Source of the DNA: Euprymna scolopes
Taxonomy: Eukaryota
Length of the DNA: 64,000 nt
NCBI GenBank assembly: GCA_053919585.1
Contig: CM132784.1
Direction: 5' to 3' (one strand)
Shown here: piece by piece, positions 1 to 12,172 of the stretch
Layout of the letters: each line of letters opens with the position of its first letter
How positions within the stretch are numbered: the first letter of the stretch is position 1
Notes under the pieces: model-generated
The model's database searches: none
What the model was told of the DNA's origin: nothing
What the model saw: only the letters and a program-made list of their open reading frames with translations
Program-made: the position numbers and the translations under genes

Positions 1-1152
1 AAAAAATATTCTCTCATTTTTGTTCACAATTAGCATATTCCAAATCTGCATTAAATTTCCTAAAAAAACAAAAAAAAAAATTAAGTCCAGAGCTCAACTA
101 GAAGTTGTTTTATGATATTTTGAAGTTGCCTAGATCGCGAAAACTTTCATGCGCGCACTGTAACCAAGAGATTGCTGCTCTAAATCCAAGCGTTTGCAAA
201 AAATACCCTAAAATGGTCAAAAATTGCTATAAAAGACAGTTTATTCTTTTTCTATGGGTTTGTGGTTGTGAAGAGATCATACCAGAAGAATAATTGCTTT
301 CAAAAGATTAGAGTATATGAAAAATTCAGCATTTCACGGAGAAATTTGAGAAAAATTCACATATAAATTGCTGTTTTTCCGGGGGGGGGGGTGAAATTGA
401 CTAAACCCGGACCTTCAATCCAAAACAAGTCAAAAACGGCTATTCCTCACATATCAAAAGATAGTATTTTCTGAAAGTACAATCTTTACACTTTCAGAAT
501 CTGTCAGTTTTATGATGTGACTCTTAGCCGTTTTTTTAGTTTATTGCTGATCAATTTCAGAGCCAATGTCACAGGTTTCGGATGAAAAAATCAGAGCTCC
601 AATAACTCAACGCAGCAAAAATCCCCAAAAATTACACTAAGGGACAAAAAAAAAGATTTAACATGTTCCTGATTGTTTTAAGAGAGTGGGAGGAGCATAT
701 AAAGAGGATAATTGGTCTTAAGGCAATGTAAAAAAGGAGAAATTGGGGAATTTTTCTCTAAAATCTGACAAAAATAGCATTATTTCCTCCCTATTTTCCC
801 CTAAAAGACAAAAATTTTCCACAAAAAAAAAAAAGGAAAACTCAAAGAATAATCAATATAACCTCTAAACAATATTGTTAGCTACATCCTAGCCAATTTC
901 TACCATTAAAACATGCTTTTAAGTTGATTTATTTCCATTTGTAGCCATTTTCAGGAAATCATATTTGAAAATTCGAAGGTGTAGAATAAAGGGCATTATT
1001 GCAAACTTTTAATTCACATATCTCGACATCCGTACAATCTTTTTCAATTCTCTAAAAAGCAGTATATTTGTGGATTGAAACTCTTAATGCAATGAATAAT
1101 TGAGCCAAGACCCTCCAGCTCTTGACTTGAAATTGATGTCATGAGAGTAGGT

Positions 1153-1298
1153 GTTTCATCATACCTTTCATTGGATAATACTCCCTGCTATTGCATCATA
1201 CATTTATATGCACACTATTGCAACATCAATGTTCCCATGGTATTGCATCATACTTTGTATTGCATCAGATTCATTATTGCATCATATTTGTTGCATCA
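1153..1298 (+). promoter_or_regulatory. Cluster of six C/EBP-ATF (AARE/CARE)-like 9-mers upstream of the transposase
   Basis: GTTTCATCA at 1153; ATTGCATCA at 1190, 1242, 1259, 1276; GTTGCATCA at 1290. Could also be a decayed minisatellite. Confidence 0.35.
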
Positions 1299-1349
1299 TG
1301 TGACTTCTATTTAATCCTCAGATTCTCTTTTTTCTTATAGTTAGTCAAA

Positions 1350-3515
1350 ATGGAAGATAACGCAACTGTATCCACAAACGAACATGAAGTGTTCGAGTTC
1401 ATTGCTGCACACAAAGGTCTTGATTTTGGTGTCACTGAGAACCAGTTCCGTACCGAGAGCAACATCCTTGATTGTGCTGCTTACCAAACCTTCAAAAGTT
1501 GCTGGACTCAGTTCAATCGTCTGAAGGACAAACATGGGAAGAAAGGTGTTGCTTTCATTGTTCTACAAGGTCGATCAGATGCGTACCATTTTGACAAGGC
1601 ACCTACTGTTGAAGGGCCCAAAAAGCGGAGAAAGAGCTTTCCTGATCTCGGTGATAAAATGAAGAAAGAGAGAACTGCTGAAATATATTGATGATCGTGT
1701 TCAGAGGGAATTCCCAGAACTGTCAACAACTCAACTGCTTGGGTACTTAATTCACCGTATCAACCTTCAGTCCAATAAGAGCGTCGCAAGGGTTGGACAC
1801 GAATTATTCCAAGAATCTGCCACATCTTATCTTTCAGCAACGAGGAAGCAGTTGCATTGATGCATAGTTTGACCTTGAGCAGAGATCAAATGAGAAAAAT
1901 GCGCCACCTCTTAGCTACGAAAGGTATTCATTTCCCCACCAGTAACGAGTTGCTTGAAGCAAGAAAGAAGTTGAGACCTGTGATCACACCAGTGCTTGAT
2001 GGCCGTGGTGTTCAAGTCCAATATAAGGAGCTGGTGAAAATGACAGTGGAATCGGTTCTGAAAGTTGCTATGAAGGAGAAGAACATTGATTTTTGTGGTG
2101 GTGAGCTGGAAATGACGTTTAAAGATGGAGGTGATGGTGTAGGACAGCAGGTGGTTTGGAACATCAAGGAGATGTTGGAGAGTAAGGAAAATATGTTTCA
2201 GTACAGTATAATACCACTGAAGCTCGTGTTGCGGAATAAAGAGACAGTCGAAACATTGTGGATCAACCATACACCAAATTCATGCCGCACACTTCGACCA
2301 TTGTTTCTAATCAGGGAGTCTGAAACTGATGAGGATCTCCTGAATCTCGTAATACCCATAACAGACAAGGCACGCTCTGAGCTGAAAGAAGGTGTGTGTG
2401 TGAAATATCAGGAGGACAATGCTGTTAATGTGAAGATAACCATTCATGACTCAATGAAAGATCTCAAATTCAAGAGACATATATCTGGTTTAGGTGGAGC
2501 TGATTGCATCCTTTGTATCAGTCAAATGAAAGATTGGACAGATTGCGAAAAAGTTTCTGCAGGATTTCCAATTGAAAGGTCTGCAGAGGAAACGTGGAAG
2601 CTTTATGAACAGTTGGTTAATGAAGAGGGCGATGTGCCTACTGAAGCAGGAGACTTTGAAGTTTGTCAAGGGCTTACTAAAAAACCACTTACCACATCGG
2701 ACCAAACAAACATCTGCGTCACCCATTCATACATTAATGTCACCACATGGTTTTTGAAAGTTCTGTATCGATGTCATATAGATTACAAGAATTGGGTCCA
2801 GAAATCTGGACCACTTGGTGAACCAATTCGGCAATCCAGAGAAAGAGTACTTGATGCGATTCTTTATGCCACAGGACTTTACCTCGATCGATGCAACAAA
2901 GCAAATGGAAAAGGTGGAATATCAACAGATGGTAACCAGGGGAGACGATTTTTCTCTGAGGATATACTCGGTGCCATCACAGAGTTGCTCTCGGGTCGTT
3001 CCTCCATTAAACATCAAGAAAACATTCTCCTTCTGCATCGCCAACTTTCCACCATTCTGTCTGTTGTGTCGTCTACACAGAAAGTTGACTTGACCAAGCT
3101 CAAGGACTTATGTGACACAGCTACATACAACATAATCGACAATTTTCCTTGGATCAGGATCAACCAAACTTTGCATGGAACACTTCATCACTCAGTCGAG
3201 TTGATTGGTTTGAATGACGGTCACGGTCTTGGAGGTATGTCTGAGGAATGCTTAGAAGCCAACAACAAAGATATTCGGAACTATCTCCAGTTTTTGTCTC
3301 GGAAAATCTCACCTATTGCACAGCTGACAGATGTAATGAGCAGGTTATTAGAACGATCTGATCCTGTCATATGTCAGTTGAGTGCACGAATCCAGCATCC
3401 GAAATATTGCATAGAATGTGGTGCCACTGATCACACTATTCGTTCACATGCTAGACTGTTCAACCTCCCAAAAAGATGGTATTATTCTCTTGTAGAGGAT
3501 ATTCTTTTGAATTAA
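1350..3515 (+). pseudogene. RAG1-core-like (Transib superfamily) transposase, about 720 aa, two N-terminal frameshifts (~1680, ~1830), 552-aa core open
   Basis: Motifs FKDGGDG, MKDLK, CILC, HGTLHH, SEECLEANNK and RSDP parallel RAG1 KESCDG(D600), GYDEK(D708), the Zn ligands and SEGNESGNK(E962). The intervening frame KYIDDRVQREFPELSTTQLLGYLIHRIN aligns with copy B. Confidence 0.88.
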
Positions 3516-4173
3516 TGCAATGCTATTGTCTACCATGAAATGGGTATTGTTCTGCATAGATTTCACTGACCCATGTATTGGTAAGAGTCGTTTTATTCAT
3601 TGTTTCCCTAGTATGTTATAAATCATATTTGCAATGCCTTGTTCAGCTTGTTGAAATGCTTTGTCTCTTTTCTTGATCTTTTTTCTCTTTGATCTTAGCC
3701 ATTAGTTTCAGAAAAATAAAATGAATGGATCGAAAGTTACATGTGTCATGTTCGACCAATTTAGGGCATTTTGACCTATTGTGGCCCTCTCAGGGACCCC
3801 GGAACTTACTGAAAATGGGCAAACAGTGCAGTTTCGGGTGTAAAACATCCATTTTTGAGTTCAGCACCATGGAAAATCACTAAAGAGACATATATATCAA
3901 TAATTTTCAAAAATCTGAGAATGTTAACTACATGCAAAATTTCAGAAAAATACAATGGATAGTCATTGAGAATTTTGGAATGCATGCACGAGGGTGAATT
4001 ATAAGGTCCAAATCCGACTAAAGTCGGGGATATTCTTGGACCCCAAAATGGGAAAAATAGCCTGGAAACCATTTTATTTATGCTCCGATAGTACTCACAG
4101 TGTTGTAAATGATTATTCTGACATAATAAGCCTTTTTTAGGTCGCATAAATCAGTAAAATCTGTGTCACAATC

Positions 4174-4208
4174 CTATTTCCAAAGTTTCGCGATCTTGGC
4201 CCACTGTG
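4174..4208 (-). repeat. Right terminal sequence of copy A: CACAGTG-19 bp-TGGAAATAG
   Basis: Reverse complement reads CACAGTG GGCCAAGATCGCGAAACTT TGGAAATAG. Confidence 0.8.
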
Positions 4209-4930
4209 CATCACTTGGAATTTTAAGCTGAATAATATCATTAAGTTCATGGACGTTTTTGTTTTGAGCTGCAAGAATAGCTCGTTTACTCAACCAACTG
4301 GAATTCTTATAATTAATTTGAATATCTGGATAAATCTTTTTACCAATTCTTCTTTTGATGTAACTAAATTACAGAAGTTAAGAGTCACCATTAACACGGA
4401 TCAGCCGAAACATTTTTGTTGTCAATTTCCCACAATTGATGCAAAAATTTCTCTGCAGATCAAGCGTTCTGCAACTGGACATGCATATTTTGAGTTAAGT
4501 TTAATGTCTTCACATGGGGCCAAAAAGAGTATTTGAGGCAAACATTTATTTCATCTGCTGGTGTTGATTGAGAAATTACAGGTAACGTTTGTCTGAAATC
4601 TCTTACAAGCAATATTACTGCATTCCCAAATGGTCTGACATTACCACTACCACACAAATCTTGCAAGGATCGATCAAGAGTCTCAAGTGATTTTTTTGTG
4701 CATTTCTGTAATATTTTTCCCATGCTGGATGTTTTGGAAATATTGAACATGGGAGTTTTAAAAAATTGAATGTATAATAGTAATTTCAAAGCAGAATGAG
4801 TAGTTCTTCTACCTGGTAGTAAGGTTGCAGCCAATCCGTATGCAGCAAGAGCCAAGACTGTCATTTTGTCATTGAATGGCTGCCAAAATTAATTTAATTA
4901 GAAAGGTTTTACCAGTTCCTCCTGGTGCTG
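4209..4930 (-). mobile_element. Helitron Pif1-like helicase fragment, degenerate
   Basis: APGGTGKTFL Walker A, AATLLPGRRTTHSA, RDFRQTLPV, LTQNMHV and RAILAAQN motifs, with stops and frameshifts. Confidence 0.85.
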
Positions 4931-5299
4931 TTCTAATTATCAGTAATTTTTAAATAACTTTCTATTCTCACTGTAAGTAATTTAGGTGACTAAAACAGGA
5001 TTTATTCATGTTTTGACAATACCTTATTCACTGTAATTAATTTAGGAGACTAAAATAGGGTGAGGGATTAGAGACGGACAGATAGAGAGGAAGATATAGA
5101 TAAAAAAAGAGGAAGATAGAGATAAACAGAGAGAGATAGGGTGATAGAGAAAGAGAGGGAGAGAAACGGAGGGTGAACTACACTTCACTGATTTTGTCCT
5201 CAATCAGTGGAGGAGAAATCCTTCTAGAATGAGGCAGTTTTTATTTTTTGTTCCTATCCAGAGTACCTCCTTTTCAGGATTTGGTATGTACCTTGCCGA

Positions 5300-5560
5300 G
5301 TCCTAGAAATTTCCAGGGGGCGCATTAATTCACTGGGAGAGATGCACCCCTAGTCTTCATTTAGACCTGCATCTAGGAGAAGGTAACTCTGATGTAAAAA
5401 TCTGCAGTCTACTGTATACTCTGTCCTGTGGCAGTCATCTGCATCGACAAAGATTAGCAGTAATACCAAAAAGTGTGGTTGGTTCTACAAAGCCTTCACT
5501 ACTATAAACAAATCGTGTGGATTTCCGAGCAACTTAGTTATTGTGGCAGAAGCTCATACG
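5300..5560 (+). mobile_element. Possible RTE-clade 5' UTR relic
   Basis: CTAGGAGAAGGTAACTCTGAT resembles RTE 5' UTR motifs from memory; no coding support. Confidence 0.3.
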
Positions 5561-5581
5561 TCAAAATTGACGAGAGAGGCC

Positions 5582-5585
<4 letters not shown>

Positions 5586-5624
<39 letters not shown>

Positions 5625-5642
5625 TATATAGAGAGAGAGAGT
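5586..5642. repeat. (TA)n-(GA)n microsatellite
   Basis: Direct reading. Confidence 0.95.
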
Positions 5643-6354
5643 ATATTTATATACATAGAAAACAATAAAAGAAAATTATTTTTTAATCTCTTAAGTCACG
5701 GGACATCTAAATATTTTACTATTGAGTTGAAATGTATAATGACTGAAAATAAGTTTAAATACACAAATTGAAAGGAAAAGTTCTTTATTTTATTTAGAAT
5801 GCAAAATATTGACTCTCCTATAAATATAGGACATTTGTTATATTTTATATAATAGATGGTAACATGTAAAAAGATAAAACATTAAATTGCAATATAAGTC
5901 AGTGGCTTACTATTGCTAAACTCATTGGTTTATATAGCAATACCAGACATTACGTTCAGCGCTGGACAAGGCGCACATTACTACTTAATTTGACACTCGT
6001 AGTCTTTAAATCAGTAATAAGTACATTTCTTCTATCTCTATCAGAGTAAAACTTATATAACTGGATTCACAATAAAATTTATTTAAAAATGATATTTTAA
6101 TATTTTTGTTGTGATTGTATATTCAAAGAAATCACTATTTAAATCTGACTATTAACGGCAAGACCTGTCAGTATAGCATTTCCACTGGTGGTAGATGACA
6201 AATAAACGATCGGGTTGTGTTTACATAAATACTCGAAGTGAAAGTTGTACACAGCGACAACGTTTCTAATTGTTTTAGCTAATTAGAGAAAAGATTGTCT
6301 TTGCTACAGAATTTGAACACAACACGTACGTCTTTCCAGTCAAAAGTTAGAATA

Positions 6355-6925
6355 TCTCAAAGTTAACGCTTTGTAATGCAAAGATAATTAAAGATAGAAA
6401 CTGTTCAAATGCTTTTTAATAGCGAATATATTCATTTCTTTTGTCCTAAAATTTGAAAAGAATTGGATAAAAACTTATGCTAGAGTCGTTTGAAATAGTG
6501 ACAAGCGCATTATTTGTGCGTAGCGCACATAAAAAAAAACTGTAAACGTGTTTGTCAACTTACAAACATATAGTATTCATTTTAGTTTTGTTATTTAGAA
6601 AACAAGTTTTTAATTATGGAAAGGAATTTATTTTTAAAAAAATAAATTATTTGAAAAAGAATAACCACAATGAACATTGTTTTTTTTTTTTTTTTTTTTT
6701 TTCTTAGTTTTCAAGTTTCAAATAAAACTTCTCAAAGTTAACGCTTTGTAATACAAAGATAAGTAAAGATAGAAACTGTTCAAATGCTATTTAATAGCGA
6801 ATATATTAATTTCTTTTGTCCTAAAATTTGAAAAGAATTGGATAAAAACTTAAGCTACAGTCATAAGAAATACTGACAAGCACATATAAACAGTTTTTGT
6901 GTGTCGTGGCGCACACAAAAAAATC
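6355..6925. repeat. Two diverged copies of a ~200-bp unit (starting ~6355 and ~6730)
   Basis: TCTCAAAGTTAACGCTTTGTAAT...GGATAAAAACTTA occurs twice. Confidence 0.8.
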
Positions 6926-8428
6926 TGTGGGTTTGTTTTACAATCCACAAAGGTATGAAAAAGTGGCCAGAAACACAAATATATAACAAATAAATGTTAC
7001 CAAAGGCAACTTTTCTACCTACCTCGATAAATTTTTGGTATTGTAAATGTTTATTCTGTTAAAAAAAAAAACGTGTCGAGCGTTACATAAGAACAAGAAA
7101 AAAAATGGCTGCAATGTCTCCTGAAGTCTCGACAATGACTTAAAAATTAAAATAGTGGTAGAAACTCGCCCAATAATTGTCATGGAAAAATGAAATTTAT
7201 ATATCCTAATTAGTTTAATGAACTTGAAAACATAATTGTATTCTATAAAATTTCCTTTCATTTGATATGCTACAAAGCATATTTTGTTAATTTATTTGAA
7301 TCGTGTTGTGGTGGCCATCTTGAATTTTTCACAGTGTAATGATGATAAATGATAAAGCCAATCAGAATAACATTTCGCATGATGATAGTTTTTACTTCCC
7401 ATTTTTTAAACTGTTTTTTTATGATGCTTCTACTTGAAGCCGTTAAAATGAACCTTAATTATGCTAATTAGTTTAATGTACTTAAAAACATAATTCTGAT
7501 CTGTACAAAATTTCCTTTAATTTGATATGCTACAAGCCATATTTTGTTAATTTCTTTGAATCATGTCATGGTGATATTTTGGATTTCCTGGTCGCCATCT
7601 TGGATTTTTCATGTTATAATGGCAAATGATAATGTCCATCAGAATAATACATCCCATGATGATAAAGCCTTACCATTTTTCTTAGCTGTTTTTATGTTTC
7701 TACTTAAAGCTGTTAAAATTAAACTGAAATATGCTAATTAGTATAAAGTTATTAAGTGAGATGGTCGTAAATAACGCCAACTGAATCTTCGTTGTATTAT
7801 ATGTTAAAAATTTCATAATATCTTAAAAAGATCTGAAGATACAGCTTTTTAAAGATGGTTTAGTCTGTAAATTGTGTAAATTTCCTACGATTTTCAGTCA
7901 CAAGTTTATATGCATTTGAATAGGACCGACTATAAAGCAAAATGTCCAGTGAACCATGCATTTTTTTATACTTTAAATGGTCATAACTCCAGTTCTAACA
8001 GTTCTAATGGTCCGATTTAAAAAAAACTAAAGATATTTTATTTTTTATGCTCTTTTCAATAATACTTGATTTGACTTTATTTGATCTAAAGAAAAAATGG
8101 TGTGGTATTGATAATCTAAATTCCTATATCATAGAATAAATTTTAGTTAATTTCATGAGAATTTTAAAGAACTTCAACAGCTCTCAAAGAAAAGTTGATG
8201 TATATAGATGAATTTTATTCTTTCTTCAGAATAATTTTACATTAAGCAGTATTACTATATATTTTAGATTGTAAAAAATTATTTGGTGTCGTATTTATAG
8301 GACAGTGGGACCTAATCTATTAACACAGCCTGAAAAAGGCATTGATCAAATTGTATACAAAATTTGAAAAAAAATTTCTGATTTCACAATATTTGTAAAA
8401 AGTGATGCAATGTATTTTTGTTTTGTAG

Positions 8429-8673
8429 GATGATCCAGTAAAAACTGTCAACCAGTGGTTTTCTCATATAACAGGTCTTCTCAGTTGCATGTTGGCCGTT
8501 TTTCTTCTGTTTGTACATCTCGGCCAAACACCATCAGCTTTTGTATACAAGATTCAACTTCCAGCCTGGGCTTTACTTATGCTTGGATGGTTAACCACAA
8601 AGAACTGTGGAATTGCCTTCAGTGGACTCTTTCTGTGTTTAACTTCTAAATTCCTCTGGGTAGGACACAAAAG
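8429..8673 (+). CDS. TMEM201: TMEM201/Samp1-like protein, internal exon (TM helices), phase 0 to 2
   Basis: ttttgtag|GAT...AAAAG|gtaaac; encodes DDPVKTVNQW...GLFLCLTSKFLWVGHK. Confidence 0.75.
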
Positions 8674-9619
8674 GTAAACAAAAAAACTGGTTCTATATGG
8701 TTTCAATATACATACACTTACAAGTTAGGTTCCAGAAAGGTGTTCATATTCTGAATTGTTCGTACGTTGTTATTTTGCTACTCTTGCTCGATACAGTTTG
8801 TCTACTGTGCATGAATTGTCTCCTTATTTTTTGGCAATAATAAACTTTAAGAAAATGATTTAAAAAAAAATTACTGTGGATTATATATAAACTATTACAG
8901 CAATTATAAAGTCTTATGTTTGGAGATGATGGTGGCTAATGATATGGATTAACAACCTGAGTGTGCCCGGTTTGAATCTAGTTTGTTGCACAGAAACATT
9001 TTCAAAACCTACACCTAACCTTGTGTCTAACATTCTGGAGAGGATGTAGATAATAAAACTTTGCATTTAAATTTGATGACGAGTAAACAAGAATAGGTAG
9101 CTGAAATAAGTTTTTCAATACATAATAAAAATGGAACCTTTGAAGTCAGTACAACAATTGAGGTGATTCGAGGAGAAAAAAGTGGGTGAAATAATGTAAT
9201 TAAATGTGTAAAACTTAAATTTAAAATTGGCCCAATAAACTTCAACTAATTACATATTTTTCTAGAATAAATTTAATTTATCTGCATGTATTCAGACAAG
9301 CCACATTTCTATTTAAAAGATATTGAGTTATATTTTGATTTTTCCAAAAATTCATATAAAAAGTGATTTTGGATTTTGTGTGTATATAATAGATAGAGTA
9401 GGAAGTGGACCATGGGTTTACTTTTAACACCCTCATAACTCTCGTTGTCCTTATTTTGTCCTTTAATCCTCATGTTTCTGACAAAAGGGGAAGAATGGCT
9501 GTTTTCTATGTTGGAATCTATCCATCTCACACTTGGCTAGTTTTTTACCTTGAAGTAATATTTATTATTTTTAACTTCTTACATTAAATTGCTTCTCGCC
9601 TTGTGTGCAGTGATTTTTC

Positions 9620-9624
<5 letters not shown>

Positions 9625-9670
<46 letters not shown>
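9625..9670. repeat. (TA)n microsatellite
   Basis: Direct reading. Confidence 0.95.
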
Positions 9671-9673
<3 letters not shown>

Positions 9674-9807
9674 GAGGTGTTATATCCCAAGTTTGCTTAT
9701 TTAGAGATATATTTTTATTTATGTCAATGTAAATATAAAGAAACACATTTTTGTTTCATGGCATTTGTATAAAGCTTGTAATCTTTTTCTGTATTTTCTC
9801 ATTTTAG

Positions 9808-10008
9808 TTTGTATCCACGTGACGTCATTTGCTGTTTCATTTGGTTCCTTCAATCTCTGCTGAGTGTCTTTATTACGTTTGGCATGGTTTCCAGTGTCGT
9901 CCTCACAACATTACAATCTACTATTCCATTAATCAGCCTGATATCCGTCTTCCTAAATATCTTCTCTTCTGGTTGCTCAAGAAGTACCTTATCTAAAAAG
10001 CCATTCAG
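9808..10008 (+). CDS. TMEM201: TMEM201-like exon, phase 2 to 2
   Basis: attttag|T...TTCAG|gtatga. The joined GLFLCL..GHKSLYPRDVICCFIW resembles TMEM201 GLLTCL..GRIRLRRIDAFCTCLW (recalled). Confidence 0.75.
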
Positions 10009-10265
10009 GTATGAAATGGATTTATGCTATTTTTCCCTTAAAAATGTTGACAATAAAATATTCTGGTATAGAATGTATTGACTGCACAATGTTACAACAT
10101 AAGGTATACTGATATTTCAGTTAGTGTGCATATATATATAAATAATATTTTATGTCTCAATTTTAAGTATTTACTTTAACAGTGCTCAATATACGAGTAT
10201 AGCTAGGTGGTAAGTTATGAAAATTAAGCTAAATTTCCATAGTTTCATAATTTACTACTTATTAC

Positions 10266-10270
<5 letters not shown>

Positions 10271-10308
<38 letters not shown>

Positions 10309-10335
10309 AATACACACACACACACACACACACAC
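10271..10335. repeat. (GT)n followed by (CA)n microsatellite
   Basis: Direct reading. Confidence 0.95.
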
Positions 10336-11567
10336 TAAATAATATGTCTAAACAAGCTTTGAATATTTATTTTAAAAAATAAGATTAAAAAATGCAGTTT
10401 AAATTTCTAGGGATACTAAGTTCAACATATCACCAACTTAGCACTAGAAAATTCACAATTGCTGAAGGGAATTTAATTATATAACAGTAACAAAAACCAA
10501 GAAACCTTAACTTAAATTGTTAAGTAGAAAGTGGGAATCAACAGCTGTTTACCATGTAGCTGTTTTGGAGATTTAAAAACAAAACAATTGTTAAATTCAT
10601 GACTCTCCAGTGAATATAAATTATATAGGAATAAATATGCATGAAAAGAAAAGCTCAGACCGGCAAATAGATAAGTAGTAAACTTCATTGTACAAAGAAG
10701 CTTTCAGTATTTATAAAAAAAATATAAAATGGAAAATATGATACTAAGTTAGACATATTACAGACTTAGCTCTTGCATAAGCCGACTTAACACTAGAAAA
10801 TTCACAATTGCAAAAACTATATAACATTTAAAAGAAAAAAAAAACCCACTTGTTACATAGAAAAATGATCATCAGATATATATATATACATAACGTATCG
10901 CACAATTACTTACACTGACAAGCATTTATAAAAATTGGTCTTTTTCTCATATTTCTATAGCCTTCTTCAGCTTGACTAAAAATTATCACAGTTTAGTACT
11001 ACAAAACAAGCAATAACATAGAGATTATATTCTAATCTTTTGACTTCTGCTGTTAACTTTGTAATACTTTCCTATTTTTTTTAATTTTATATTCTGTATC
11101 TATACCAGCCCTCTCCATTAATGTTATTGGACAAATTATAGCAAAAATAGCATTTGAAAACACTGAAAAGAAAATACTAGATTATTTGTAAAATTTGTTG
11201 CTATTAAAGTGATTTTTATATTGAACTTATAGCTTCATTTGAATTTAAAAAAATATCCATCCATAAAGAAAATGTGTTAATAAATACTTGTCAAAAATTG
11301 GTCCTATAAATAATTAAAATGTTGATTCAATTTATTTTTCTCAATCTTAATATTTTGCATCAAAACCCTTATGCCCGAGTAGCTTGATAAATAACGACTT
11401 ATAAGTAACAGTTAAGTGTTTGGAGCTGTTTGTCACATTAATTTAATAAATCAGTTTTTCCTCTGGTCATTTCATTATAACACTGTTTTTAGTGTCATGT
11501 TATTTAAAAGTTAAATATCATTTTTAGTTAAATGTATATAAGATATTTTCAAAAATTCTTTTTCTAG

Positions 11568-12172
11568 ATCTCCATATTGTCGGTCGTCAACCACTTCATC
11601 ACTGAAATCTTCCTCCAGTTCACGACAAGCAGAGTCTGTACAAGATTTTAATTGTAGTGATTCTCTCTCTAGTTGGCATTCCAGTAAAACCCAGCCACCA
11701 TCTCTAAGCAAAGTGGATTCCTCCTCCTCTTACTTCTCAGATTTTCATCGACCCTTTCTACGCCACCGACCTCCTTCTGCTTCCTTTCCCTTTAGCAAAA
11801 ATTCTTGGTCCACACTATCCAGTAAAGCAAACTCTTTCTCATTTCCATTATATCATGAAACAAATCTTCCATCTTTTAAATCTCTGAGTCAAGCCTCGCT
11901 CAATGGAAACTTAACCTCTGGAAATTTTTCATCACAATCGTTATTTTCAAAACCATTAACTCGTTCATCAAGTTTTTTGTCATTGGATAACAAAAGTCAC
12001 TTGTCTCCATATTTCCAACGTGGTCCATCTTCATTGAATGGAAGTTTCACTTCCCGGAGAGATAAGAGTAAAAAAAATACACCTTCTTCTTTAGCTGATA
12101 ACATTCTTGGCATTAAGATGAATCAAATCTCACTTGGACCGTCTCTTTCACCTTCTCGCAGATCAATATCAG
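11568..12172 (+). CDS. TMEM201: TMEM201-like Ser-rich exon, phase 2 to 1
   Basis: tttctag|A...TCAG|gtaagt; open 605-bp Ser/Pro-rich frame. Confidence 0.75.

Larger units (their letters stand above)
1..4208 (+). mobile_element. RAG1-like/Transib DNA transposon, copy A (left end not seen, probably upstream of the window)
   Basis: RAG1/Transib-type transposase at 1350-3515 followed by a right terminus ending CACTGTG (4202-4208; reverse complement CACAGTG). Helitron helicase sequence resumes at 4209. Confidence 0.85.

Noticed and set aside
4180-4195. Canonical RSS nonamer ACAAAAACC at 12 or 23 bp
   Set aside because: Not present; only the family-specific TGGAAATAG is shared between the two ends.
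3516-4201. RAG2-like gene convergent with the RAG1-like ORF (including ORF 3806-4147)
   Set aside because: Too short for a six-bladed kelch domain, and no kelch or PHD motifs are visible.
8930-9025. tRNA gene (B-box-like GGTTTGAATC; similar sequence at about 20320-20440)
   Set aside because: No cloverleaf can be built; at most a decayed SINE.
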